A stretch of DNA of 64,000 bases from a virus, in the IMG/VR virus record IMGVR_UViG_3300045988_058019, positions 39,546 to 103,545 of that record; one strand, given 5' to 3'. Each line of letters begins with the position of its first letter. The first letter of the stretch is position 1. This document shows, one piece after another, positions 35,772-46,171 of the stretch. A program made the translations under genes and the position numbers. Under the pieces are notes generated by a model. That model was not told the origin of the DNA. It did no database searches and was given only the letters and a program-made list of their open reading frames with translations.

Positions 35772-35825
35772 TTATTTCTTTCCGCCTTTTCCACCTTTGG
35801 ATTTCTTTCCGCCCTTGCAAGCCAT
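35772..35825 (-). CDS. 17-aa Lys/Gly-rich micro-ORF MACKGGKKSKGGKGGKK with strong SD
   Basis: AGGAGG lies about 8 nt upstream of the ATG. The ORF ends in TAA. Too short for confidence. Confidence 0.3.
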   Translation of the reverse strand: MACKGGKKSKGGKGGKK

Positions 35826-35840
35826 AATTAATTCCTCCTA

Positions 35841-36305
35841 TTATTTAATTGTTTTAAGATATTGTTTCCAATTCTTCTTATTAGCCTTATATGTCTTCTT
35901 TCTATCCTTAATCTTGTACTTATCAAGATCTTCAGGCTTACGTGTTTTCAGATAATCAAAGTTATCATCATTAGCATAAGCTTCCATCTCATAAGGAATA
36001 GTATAGTAAGCACTAGATGCAGGATAAATAATCGGATTACCTTTAATCCATTCCCATACATAAGACCAATAATAACTTATCCATCTCTTCTTATCTTTAG
36101 CTTCATAAAGATGAATATTTTCATGATTCCAAGTAGTAGGCTTAATCTGAGATTCAGGTTTTCTACTTAACAAGTAACCACACCAGCTCATTGCAGAATA
36201 ACCACTAAATGGATAATGATCCATATGCTTATACTCTACTTTATCTGCTTTTACTTTAGTAAATAGTTGTTTAACTATCCACCATGTTTCTTTAAACCAA
36301 TTCAT
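35841..36305 (-). CDS. Hypothetical protein with HENIH (HExxH) motif, 154 aa
   Basis: Intact ORF immediately downstream of the portal gene. Confidence 0.55.
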   Translation of the reverse strand: MNWFKETWWIVKQLFTKVKADKVEYKHMDHYPFSGYSAMSWCGYLLSRKPESQIKPTTWNHENIHLYEAKDKKRWISYYWSYVWEWIKGNPIIYPASSAYYTIPYEMEAYANDDNFDYLKTRKPEDLDKYKIKDRKKTYKANKKNWKQYLKTIK

Positions 36306-36307
36306 AA

Positions 36308-38788
36308 TTATTTACTCTTTTTAGCTTCTGCGTTTGTCTTATTCTTAAGTGCTGTCTTAGCTTTTAATCTTTCTCTCTCCATTGCTGCTTTATCTTTAGC
36401 TGCTTGCAACTTCATTTCGTGATCCATTCTTTCTCTTTCAAGCTGATTTTTCTTATCTTCTATCTCTTTCTTCATCTTCTGCTCTCTAATCTTAGCATTG
36501 AATTCAAATTGTTTAGAAGCTTCATCAGATGCTTGCTTACGTTCAGCTAAAGCTTGTTGAGCTATCTCTACTGGATCTGGAATTCCATTACCGTCTTGAT
36601 CCATATTCTCAGCACCTCTATAGGCATTAAGTTGAGCTACAGTAATCTTAGTAGCATTATCTTGATCTATCTTATATTTCTCAAGATCCATTTCTGCTTC
36701 TTTAATCATGAGCTCCTCTTCCTTAATCTCATTTTGCATCTGAATAGCTTGCTGTTCACGTTCTGCTTGAGCTTGTTCCATAGCTTGTTGTTGCTCCATA
36801 CGTTTTTGCTCAATTTCCTCTAATCTAGACTTAATCATACTAATATTATCCATAGTAATGATTTCAGCTATATCAAGTAAGCTAGCTCCGTTCTGCATAG
36901 CAGGTTGCATTAACTGCTTAAGTGTTTCTATATACTGTTGATTCTTAGTAGTATCTTCTATAAAGATATCAAAATCCTCATAAAGCATATCATCTGATAG
37001 CGTTAAGAATGCTCTAGTAGCATCATCTAATATATATTGTAGATGAGTTTTACTACTATCTTTCCAAGCCCATCTAGCAGTATTAAGTAGCATAGTTAAG
37101 CATTCTCTCTTTACCTAATTGTGTGTCCAGAACCAAGGTTCAGTAATATGAGCTGATTGTACTACAGAACGCTCTACATTACCTACTAATTCATTAGATG
37201 AAATAGACCCTTCTCTTTGCTTACTAACTCCAGATATCTCAGATAGCATACTTTCAATCTTATCCATAAGATTAATATACTAATCTATAGTATTAGCCAT
37301 AGTAAGGTCAAGAGCTGTAATCTAGTTAAACTGACTAGGTTTACCTCCTTCTCTACCAGGTATATCCCATCCTTCTTCATACGGATTAATAAAGTTTACA
37401 CCAAGAGCAGATAAATAATGCATCCATTTAGATACATCTATATTCATAGATTTTGGTATCTAAGTAATATCCATATTTACTACTTTACCTTTATCTCTAG
37501 CCATAGCAAGCTCAAGTCTATACCATAGTACAATATACATATACTGTAATGGTTTCATCATGCTTACTAAACTACGTGGTCTACTGTTTGTATTATTATA
37601 TACTACTCCAGTATAAGGCAATCTCTAAGAGTTAGGATTATCAGATGAAGTATATTGATATTCTAATGGTTGTATTCCTATATATAAGTCTTCTCCAGCT
37701 CTATATCCTTCCCATACTTCGGTAATCCATTTCCATTCTACATTAAGTTCCATCCCGGTCTCTTTATAGCTCTCATCTACTTGATATTCTTTAGGCTCAC
37801 CTAATTCAGGATCAATTATAGTAACAAAACCTATTTTCTTAAATGATTTCCAGCAACAGTGCCATACTTTCACACTATTAGTACTATCAAATGGATTACT
37901 ACTGAATCCGTTAATAGTATGTGTTTTAATATGAGTATAGTCTAAAGATGTCTTTCTTACTTCAGGATTTATACCTCCTTTAGAAGCTTGATCCATCATA
38001 TCTAACAACTAATTTAGCTGTTTCTCAGACATCTTATCGTATAATCTATCATATAGTTCAGTTACAGACATATTCATTTCATAACAACACCATTCTGCGT
38101 CATGAATGAATTCCAAGTCGGACGTTTCAGTATCATAATCAAAGTAGATAGGATTAACACGTTCGAGGCACGGTTCTCCATTCAGTATACCTACATAGTA
38201 TATCTCTTCACCACCAACTAAAGCATCTTTCCAACCTTTGAAGAATTCATGAGTAATGTTTAACTTATTTTTTAAGTAATTAAGACTGTGATATGCAGTT
38301 ACTTCTGCTATATCTTTATAGTCTTTACTCATGTATTTTTGTATCTACTAAGGAGTCATTATCTCACCATTCTGTAAAGCTTCCTAGTATCTAGCTTGTT
38401 CTTCAGGACCTAATTTACTCATTATAGTAGCCTGAATGTAATCTATTAAAAGCTATTTAGCTCTATCCTACATTTCACTAGCAGCTATATCACTTGTACG
38501 TACTACTCTGAAGTTGAATGGTCTTTTAGTTTCTTCTCCCAACAGTAAGTCTATTTTGGGCTTAATTATATTATAATCCTAAGCCATTGCAGGAAAGCCA
38601 TCCTGCTATTTAAAAGGATTAGTAACATATTTCAGATCTTTTTCATTGTATATACTATTATAAAGATCATAGTATGTTTGCATCTCCTCTCTGCGAGTTC
38701 TGTTATTACCATTTCTAGAACCTCCTAAACTACGACCTATAACATAGTCTATACAACTTTCTTGCCAGTCTTTTGTCTTCTTAGACAT
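36308..38788 (-). CDS. Portal protein candidate, 826 aa
   Basis: Four ORF-track fragments (38606-38788, 38009-38332, 37625-38008, 36308-37093) share one frame and are joined by TAG. It sits directly downstream of TerL and ends at TAA 36308. Confidence 0.7.
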
Positions 38789-38829
38789 AGGAAGTTTCTA
38801 TATTGGCATTTGATTAATATTATTCATAA

Positions 38830-40911
38830 TTAAAACATATATGCTTCGATATTATCTATAGCTTCGTCGTCACGAAACCATTCCTGAGTAAATATAGGGC
38901 CTTCAAACAGTACCCTATTTCTATTCTCTTTTTTAATCTCTTTTACTTTAACATTATATAGCTATTCTCTATATATCATTACTTGGGTCAACGCCATTAC
39001 ACGGTCTACGTTAACTACATCGTTTGCAGCTATAAGTTCCTCTAATAGCGGTTCCGACATTATATTGTATAAGTTCTTCTTGCCATCTGCATTAATATCG
39101 TTAAGCCAATCCTTTATTAGACCCCATCCCCATTGCTTAATCTATTTATTCATGTGGCAACCTTTCTTTCTATTTACTTTAGAATTACTTACTATATCGT
39201 TAATTATATCTGGTTGATCAGCAAGTAAGTAGTCACAATGCTTATTAGTAAAGTAAACAAATATGCCTTTATTTTGATTCTCATACATTGCTCTAGCATT
39301 ATAGTATATAAGTAATTTACGTACATTTTCATAAAAATCTTCTGCTGACTTAGGTCTGCCTGTGTACTCTGCTACTATTATATCTGAATACTATTCTATA
39401 GACTATACTCTCTTATATATAAAACAAGAACCCAAAGATGTAGTACTTGATTCATCATAGTCGTATGAGTCTATACCTGCAATATACAAACCAGCACTAG
39501 CATCCTTATTAGGATGCTCCCATATTACTATAGAACCAGTAGGATCATCTCCTACTAATGCTCCAGTAACTTCATCCCTTTTAGTTCTTAATGGGTAATG
39601 TGTTATATCTCCTGTCTTCTTAATAACCCATTTAAGACTACCGTCAGGTTGCCATACTAGATCACCTACCTACTTATGATTCTATAATTTTTTATTAGTT
39701 CTGAGTAATGATAACTACTCTTGTAATTCCTTCTTGGGGAATATGTTACCATTAAACTCTAGCATGGCCTCTGCTGGAGTAATAGGTCTCTCTGCAACGT
39801 ATCTGTCAACTGCTGCGTTATTAGTGGCATTAGTTATTACTACTTGCCTTTCTGCTAATATGTGTTCTAAAGACTTCTTACGGTACGTATTACCGTCCTC
39901 GTCCATATATATACGTTTACCATTCTCATCACGTATATCTAAGTTAGTATATTGAGGTACAAAGAAACCACATTTATTAGTAGTAGCAGACTCATCCCAT
40001 ATGTTATCAAACCCTAAACAATTGTATCCATCAGGGTTGTAAAACATATCCTTCATAGTTTCAAATGCAGAACCTTCATCACCACCAGTACCCCATACTA
40101 TCATAGTACCAAAGGCTATACCATCTACCTCTACAGAAGGTCTAGCAATTTGCCATGCTGCTCCTAATTCAGAGAAAGAACCACCTTCCTCAAACATAAT
40201 AAGATTAGCTTTCTTACCACGTACTACATCAGGATTATCTTTCAAAGTAACCCCTATAATCTCTGACTTATAACCTAATTCTATAATATTACCGTAGTCA
40301 TCCTTAGTATAGAATCCTGCACGTCTACGCATCTAAGTGTTAACTGATCTCTTCTTACCCCACGCAGTATTCTTATCTATAAAGTCCATATAATCCCAAG
40401 CTTTAGTAAGAATACCATCATCTGTCAAATACTATTTATTTGATGCATATATGAAGGTTTTAGAGTATGGTATTAGATAGAAATTACGGCATGCCATAGA
40501 ACCACCTTTGTATGAAAAACCTTTACGTCTAGACTTAAGTAAGCATAAATGTTTACCCTACTCTTGGGCTTCCTATACTGCATTAAAATAGTAATAGTCG
40601 TAATCCCAGAAGTCGGGGAAAGTTACCTCATTAACACGTTTTACTTTAGTATTACCTAATTCATCTGTAGTAATATGATTGACTATACGAGATATAGGAC
40701 AATAGTTTAAATAAAAATAGTTATACCCACTAATGAAATCTCCATCATCAGCAGTATAACCATCTACGCATCTTTTACTTTCCTCATCCCAGAACTTAAA
40801 ATATTCTGAAGTACCTTCTGGATATACGCAATAAGAACCAGTAGCTATAAACTATAGTGCTGGTCCTCTAAATTTATTACTATTTACTATCTTCTTATTA
40901 AAGTCTACCAT
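38830..40911 (-). CDS. terL: Terminase large subunit, 693 aa
   Basis: ATG 40911 is in frame with ORF-track 39715-40332. Hand translation shows ATPase and RNaseH-like nuclease regions (..IMFEEGGSF.., ..LYIAGIDSYDYDE.., ..AEYTGRP.., ..YYNARAMYENQ..). There are multiple TAGs and TAA at 38830. Confidence 0.85.
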
Positions 40912-40912
40912 A

Positions 40913-41098
40913 TTATAATTTTATATCCCAAGTATATTCTTCTTCTGTAATATCTGTTTGGTTAGGCGGATATGATAAATAATCGCAAGTGGGACACATG
41001 CTATATAGTTCATCAATCATTTGCAAGAGTTCTGGAACATTTGGGAAATTCCTGTTCTCTTCGTTTCCACCAACATTTAAACTTTTCATATTCTTCAT
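40913..41098 (-). CDS. Small hypothetical protein, 61 aa
   Basis: Intact ORF abutting the TerL start. Confidence 0.4.
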   Translation of the reverse strand: MKNMKSLNVGGNEENRNFPNVPELLQMIDELYSMCPTCDYLSYPPNQTDITEEEYTWDIKL

Positions 41099-41378
41099 AA
41101 TCTAACCAATAAGTATTTCTTCTAACTTTAATCTCCATCATAATATTATTTAAAAGGGGCGCGTTTCACAACGAACCCCTTTCCGAAAATGGGAAAAAAT
41201 TATTTTTTAGAAATAGGGAGATTTCTGTAGCTGCAACCTAGTTTCTTAATCTAGGGATTTATACGCCGTATATTTAGTACTCCCCACCTGGGCTAACATT
41301 ACCCCAGACTACCTGTTCACGATAACTACCTATCCAACAAGTTTCCTTCTGCTATTATAGTTTCAAAGGACTAGTATT

Positions 41379-42359
41379 TTAAGCAGTCTGCTTGCAGTCA
41401 GACTGCATTAATTCTTTCTTCCAGATATAACCTTTACACGTCTTAGCTCTACCATTGCAAGCTCTCTGTATAGATTTATAGTCAGTGTTTACTGCCTTAG
41501 CCGCATTGTGCATTCCCATATAAGTAGCTACTAATATATCATCTAAAGTATACTGGTAAACTAAATACTTAGTAGATGCCACTCTTAGTTTTTCTTTTTG
41601 CTCTTCAGACATCTTTTTACCTTTATTCAATCCAACCATACCTTTAACCCAGTTAGAATTGCCAAAATATACTTTATTACGTTTATATCTCTTAACCAAG
41701 GTAGATTTATTCTTTTCATACTCTTCTAACCATAATGGAATGTTAGACTTTTTATCTTCTAATTCTTCTTTAGTATATGCTGCAATAAAATTATTACAAA
41801 ACGGGTGGATGTAATTATTGTTGCATAGTCTACCTATATTAGAGCGACTCAGGCCTGTAATAGTTGCTGCATCCTTGATAGTCCAAGCATATATATAATA
41901 TCTATCAATAAAATTATATAAATGTACACGCTTACCGAATGTACCGTTTGCTACTAATTTTTTAGTATTTTCAGATACTTTCTTCTTTTGCTCTTCTGTC
42001 ATCTTGAGTCCAAGAACTCCAAAATCACCACCTTTAGTACAATTGTATCCCTCTGTATAAGCGTTGTATTTTTCAATATACTCTATTTCTAATTTGTCTA
42101 ATGTTTGAATTAGTTCTAAATTAGAAATATTTGGATCTGGAATAAATGATTCCAGTATATCTACAGTAAAGTTATGAAAACCGTACTTATTTATTGCTCT
42201 ATAAATTGGTAAATCTAATTTTCCATTCTTAGCATTTCGCATATGGTCTTTTAGTCTTGATCTTAGTTTAACACTTTGACCAATATAACATTTACCATTC
42301 ACATTATTTTTGATTATATATATACCAGCTAACTTTGGATCTATATCTCTGTATGTCAT
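41379..42359 (-). CDS. GIY-YIG homing endonuclease (no TAG)
   Basis: GIYIIKNNVNGKCYIGQS..LRSRLKDH, YNCTKGGD and a C-terminal CKGYIWKK. Confidence 0.8.
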   Translation of the reverse strand: MTYRDIDPKLAGIYIIKNNVNGKCYIGQSVKLRSRLKDHMRNAKNGKLDLPIYRAINKYGFHNFTVDILESFIPDPNISNLELIQTLDKLEIEYIEKYNAYTEGYNCTKGGDFGVLGLKMTEEQKKKVSENTKKLVANGTFGKRVHLYNFIDRYYIYAWTIKDAATITGLSRSNIGRLCNNNYIHPFCNNFIAAYTKEELEDKKSNIPLWLEEYEKNKSTLVKRYKRNKVYFGNSNWVKGMVGLNKGKKMSEEQKEKLRVASTKYLVYQYTLDDILVATYMGMHNAAKAVNTDYKSIQRACNGRAKTCKGYIWKKELMQSDCKQTA

Positions 42360-42382
42360 ATCTGCAAGTTTTATATGAATAT

Positions 42383-42460
42383 TGGTTGGGGCGGCAGGGC
42401 TCGAACCCGCACATCACAGAGGTTTAGAATCTCCGGTACTACCAATTATACCACGCCCCA
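42383..42460 (-). tRNA. Suppressor tRNA, anticodon CUA (reads UAG), probable Gln identity
   Basis: The reverse complement folds as TGGGGCG-TG-GTAT/AATTGGTA/GTAC-C-GGAGA/TTCTAAA/CCTCT-...-GCGGG/TTCGAGC/CCTGC-CGCCCCA-A-CCA. It has a perfect 7-bp acceptor stem, U33-CUA-A37 (anticodon at 42425-42427), a canonical T-loop and an encoded CCA. U1-A72 resembles bacterial tRNA-Gln. The variable region looks slightly long (about 7 nt). Confidence 0.85.
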
Positions 42461-42505
42461 ATATCACGTGGATATTCTTACCCTCCACGTAAGGGTTCTG
42501 ATGGT

Positions 42506-42643
42506 TTAGAACCAAGATTTAATTCTTTGCCATAATGACTTCTTTACAGGTTTGTTCAAATATTCAGAAGCTTCTTCAATCTGTCTAAATACTTCGTCTG
42601 TATCCTTAGTCAAGTCTATAGTAATCGTAAATTTCTTATTCAT
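42506..42643 (-). CDS. Small hypothetical protein, 45 aa
   Basis: ATG..TAA ORF MNKKFTITIDLTKDTDEVFRQIEEASEYLNKPVKKSLWQRIKSWF. Confidence 0.3.
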   Translation of the reverse strand: MNKKFTITIDLTKDTDEVFRQIEEASEYLNKPVKKSLWQRIKSWF

Positions 42644-42700
42644 AATATTTTCATTTATACACTATAACGTGTTGTTAGTATTTGGTTATATTTTAATGTA

Positions 42701-43231
42701 TTATCTTGCCAACTCGTATGGATTTACTTTAGCGTCACCTTTAACTTTGCCTATAGCTACTTCTTCCGCTTTAACCATAGTCTCTAGTGAATCTATACTT
42801 TTGAGTACTCCACCTACAGAAGTCATACCGGCTAATAAATCCTTAATCTTCTTTTCGTCTAAAGTATCGTCTAATGATTCTTTATAGTATTTACTCACAC
42901 TATCTAGTTTTAGACGCATATTATTTAGCATTTGTAGAGCTCTAGTGTTAAGTAGGTTCTTATATTCCTCTTCACAAATTAGTTCTTCAGAAGTTAATTT
43001 ATAATTTTCATCATTAAATATTTCCTTCTTTAATTTAAGCTCTCTACTATCTTCATCCATACTTTGTACATAAGGACTATCCCATTTATTCATAAGTACA
43101 ATGTAACTTATTACTTTAGAAGAATGCTCCTTATCTGGCTTATCAGTATCCCACACCTTTTTAAAGCATGGGATACCTATAGCATCAGGATGTATTACTA
43201 CCTTACCACCAACAATATCAAATAATTTCAT
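42701..43231 (-). CDS. Hypothetical protein, 176 aa
   Basis: Intact ORF-track ORF ending in TAA. Confidence 0.55.
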   Translation of the reverse strand: MKLFDIVGGKVVIHPDAIGIPCFKKVWDTDKPDKEHSSKVISYIVLMNKWDSPYVQSMDEDSRELKLKKEIFNDENYKLTSEELICEEEYKNLLNTRALQMLNNMRLKLDSVSKYYKESLDDTLDEKKIKDLLAGMTSVGGVLKSIDSLETMVKAEEVAIGKVKGDAKVNPYELAR

Positions 43232-43532
43232 TTGTAAGAACTTGTTTATTATCTTCTTTATTCCATCTTATAAGATCGTCTTTAGCAAAAGCGTCAGAAC
43301 AGACTATTGGTTTTAATGTCCACTTACTACTTATAGTATCATATTTACTTAATATGAGTACAATATCTCCTAGTTTATAGTCTATTACTTCCTCTTCTGT
43401 TATTATTTGACCATCCTACTATGCTATATATATAGTTCTACATTCAAAGTTGTCAGATATATTTTTAATGCTATTAGTATCTACTTTATATAAAATAGCA
43501 TTACCGTATTGATCTATCAATAATTTATCCAT
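43218..43532 (-). CDS. Hypothetical protein, 104 aa (TAG-TAG doublet in frame)
   Basis: Hand translation gives MDKLLIDQYGNAILYK...IYIAQQDGQII...NEII then TGA. Length is a multiple of 3. Confidence 0.45.
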
Positions 43533-43533
43533 A

Positions 43534-43908
43534 TTAGCAATCACACTGTACAGGTTCACAAGCACAATCACATTCAATATCACAAGAAGTAGATTTCTTT
43601 TTTTCTTCTTGTCCCTTTTCTAGCAATCTGTTATAGTGATTCTTTACTTCATCATTTTCAATAAAGATGTACTCTGCATCACTTTCTTTATCTATAGGAT
43701 ACAATTTTATTACCATAGTGCCTTTAGTAACACTCCTTCTCTCTTTAGAACCATCTTTCTTTGTATAGATCCACTCTCCATCTTCAGGAATATACCACGT
43801 ATAGTCTACATAAAAATGATCTAGTAAGCTAACATTTTCTACTTCTTTATCGTAACTAATAACGGTACCTCTATCTACTGAACAAATATACTTAATCATA
43901 ATAATCAA
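43534..43908 (-). CDS. Hypothetical protein with Cys-rich C-terminus
   Basis: Intact ORF ending ..CDIECDCACEPVQCDC. Confidence 0.5.
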   Translation of the reverse strand: MIIMIKYICSVDRGTVISYDKEVENVSLLDHFYVDYTWYIPEDGEWIYTKKDGSKERRSVTKGTMVIKLYPIDKESDAEYIFIENDEVKNHYNRLLEKGQEEKKKSTSCDIECDCACEPVQCDC

Positions 43909-43959
43909 TCAATTAAATAACCTAAATAATATTCTTTCTATAATCTCGCTATAATTTCC

Positions 43960-44340
43960 TTAGCACGCCCCATCGGTACATTCGGATTCACATAATCTGA
44001 TTTTATTTGATAATTCTGTATTATCTGCTAAAACTTCTCTATCTCCTCCTGTATGCTCTACTTTTTTATATTCTTCATACTTCTTAAATAGCATGTCACA
44101 CATTGCATTTACCTGATCGGCTCTACTAGGTTCTGCATTACTCTTCCCATTATCTACTATAGTAGTAGTAATACTGTCAATTACATCATTTGTGAAATCT
44201 TCATAAGTAATTACGCCTTCATTAATTAATTCATCTACTTTGTTATATAGGCGCTTCATTTCCTTACTAAATGAACCATAGAGTGGTTTATTGTTTTCCA
44301 CTTCTAATTTCCACATCATTTTACTTTCTTCAATTGTCAT
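43960..44340 (-). CDS. Hypothetical protein, 126 aa
   Basis: Intact ORF-track ORF. Confidence 0.5.
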   Translation of the reverse strand: MTIEESKMMWKLEVENNKPLYGSFSKEMKRLYNKVDELINEGVITYEDFTNDVIDSITTTIVDNGKSNAEPSRADQVNAMCDMLFKKYEEYKKVEHTGGDREVLADNTELSNKIRLCESECTDGAC

Positions 44341-44767
44341 ATTCTTTGTTTTTTAACTCATTACAGATAGTATTACTTATATTTCCTGCAGCCCATCCTA
44401 CTAAGTAGGCATACGCTTCATTGCCATCTTTAAAGTCTTGTGTATATAAGCCTAATTGTTCACAAAAGTAATCCGCAACGTGTACTGCCTCATGAGGAAT
44501 CATGTCTGGAGTAATATCTTCTGCATTAGCAACAGCTATCACTATTACTCCGTATTTATTATCACTCTTACGTATTACTTTACAAGTAACCATTCCACCA
44601 TCATGTTTATCTATTTCTTGTAGTAATCTATTATATTCGCTTCCATCGTTGTTACCATATACATCAAGAAATATAAAATATTTATCTAAATCCTCAATAT
44701 TAGTACTTACAAATAATAGTCTAGGGTATATCTTAGGACTATAAACATCATACGGTTTCTTTTTCAT
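44330..44767 (-). CDS. Hypothetical protein with HEAVH (HExxH) motif
   Basis: Intact ORF. A zincin-like motif is present, with no further family assignment. Confidence 0.5.
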   Translation of the reverse strand: MKKKPYDVYSPKIYPRLLFVSTNIEDLDKYFIFLDVYGNNDGSEYNRLLQEIDKHDGGMVTCKVIRKSDNKYGVIVIAVANAEDITPDMIPHEAVHVADYFCEQLGLYTQDFKDGNEAYAYLVGWAAGNISNTICNELKNKEYDN

Positions 44768-44942
44768 ATCTTTTCTTTAATTTGAATTTACCTAAGTAAG
44801 AGAATCTAACTGGTTTAGGATCTAAGTTAGAGATGATACTATTAGTAAATCTGAACGGGCTGTTACATATTACTTCTATAATAGGATATGGTATGTTATA
44901 CTTATTACTTAGCTCAGTATATATACTCACTTGATTCCTCAT
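44748..44942 (-). CDS. Small hypothetical protein
   Basis: Intact ORF overlapping its neighbours in an operon-like manner. Confidence 0.4.
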   Translation of the reverse strand: MRNQVSIYTELSNKYNIPYPIIEVICNSPFRFTNSIISNLDPKPVRFSYLGKFKLKKRYEKETV

Positions 44943-45291
44943 TTAAATCTATCTTTTTGTAATATTTACATTCTTCTAAAGTAGAAGAATCATTAAATGT
45001 ATTAGGCCTTACTATATTGATTATAGCTTTGATATCTTCCCAATTTCTATCATTTATATCATAAACAGATTGTAGTTTGTGTATCTCCTGTTTACTGTAC
45101 TTGCGTATAGGAGTATATGCAATAAAATTATACTCATCTATCGTAAGTAGCTCTATATTAGTAGGAATGATCTCAAACTTATTATAAGGCAAATCCTTTT
45201 TCTTTAATTTATTCCATAATCTGGTAAATATGTTATATTCTTTCCAACATAATATAGTGCCAGGTCTTACTATTGTTGTTTTAATCTTCAT
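44914..45291 (-). CDS. Hypothetical protein, 125 aa
   Basis: Intact ORF-track ORF. Confidence 0.45.
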   Translation of the reverse strand: MKIKTTIVRPGTILCWKEYNIFTRLWNKLKKKDLPYNKFEIIPTNIELLTIDEYNFIAYTPIRKYSKQEIHKLQSVYDINDRNWEDIKAIINIVRPNTFNDSSTLEECKYYKKIDLNEESSEYIY

Positions 45292-45658
45292 CTTTATTTA
45301 CTCTTAATATTATAGTAATCTGTACTCTATCGCCGATTATTTCAGGTATAAGCGCCTTATTCACTACAACTTCATCTTCAATCTTACCTTTAACTAATAT
45401 GCCTTGCTTCTTAAATCTAGCTATATATCTACTAAGATTATCAGGAGTAATACCTAATACTTTCCTAATATATTTTCTGTTTTCAGTAGATATTACATTT
45501 TTACTTATGTTAGGTAGCTTAGGAGTGTTAACATCTATTGCTATGAATGTAGCTAGTAGCTCTAGCTCCCTATCAGTAAGATCAAGTATACCATTAAGGC
45601 TCTTTAAGAATTCTGTGTTTAAATCGGCTTTGCTTACGCTTTTTACCAATTTATTCAT
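45281..45658 (-). CDS. Possible winged-helix DNA-binding protein
   Basis: ..GITPDNLSRYIARFKKQGILV.. resembles an HTH recognition segment. Weak call. Confidence 0.4.
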   Translation of the reverse strand: MNKLVKSVSKADLNTEFLKSLNGILDLTDRELELLATFIAIDVNTPKLPNISKNVISTENRKYIRKVLGITPDNLSRYIARFKKQGILVKGKIEDEVVVNKALIPEIIGDRVQITIILRVNKDED

Positions 45659-46028
45659 TTGTTAACGTATCCTTAATTTTATTTAAAACCTTATTTAAGT
45701 TATAATACACTGTCTCAGCTTCTAACTTAACACAAGGTTGTATTTCACCTTTATTTGCTCTTTCATTGGTCTCTTTTAGGTTACTTTCATATTTCTCAAG
45801 TAGGTCATCAATGAGCTCTAAAGTAGCATCTACATTATACTTACTTTCATCATCAATACTTAAAAGATAACCTTCTTCACATAAGTAATCTGCAGTATCA
45901 TAATCTAAAGACATCATTCTAGTGTAATTATCTTCAGCAATGTTAAATGATACTAAACCTGTTTCATCTTCTGCTAATACATCACCTTTCTTAGCAGAAC
46001 CAAATTCCTTAATTACTTTGTAGCTCAT
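45651..46028 (-). CDS. Acidic hypothetical protein, 125 aa
   Basis: Intact ORF-track ORF. Confidence 0.45.
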   Translation of the reverse strand: MSYKVIKEFGSAKKGDVLAEDETGLVSFNIAEDNYTRMMSLDYDTADYLCEEGYLLSIDDESKYNVDATLELIDDLLEKYESNLKETNERANKGEIQPCVKLEAETVYYNLNKVLNKIKDTLTNE

Positions 46029-46119
46029 AATATTTATTTTAAATGTTTATGTATCTATAAACGGCAGATTAAATAAATGTTAAAATCTGTTAACATTTAT
46101 TAACATTTATTATCTATAT

Positions 46120-46148
46120 AATAAAAAACCCTGACTAACGCCAGGGTT
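46120..46148 (-). terminator. Rho-independent terminator
   Basis: AACCCTG / CAGGGTT forms a 7-bp stem, followed on the minus strand by TTTTTTATT. It lies downstream of the 46172 stop. Confidence 0.6.
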
Positions 46149-46171
46149 CATTCTAACAATGAGTTATAATT

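Noticed and set aside
1-43532. Fragmented structural ORFs as pseudogenes or assembly errors
   Set aside because: All interruptions are one codon (TAG), frames are preserved over kilobases, no TAA/TGA or frameshifts were seen, and a matching CUA tRNA is encoded.
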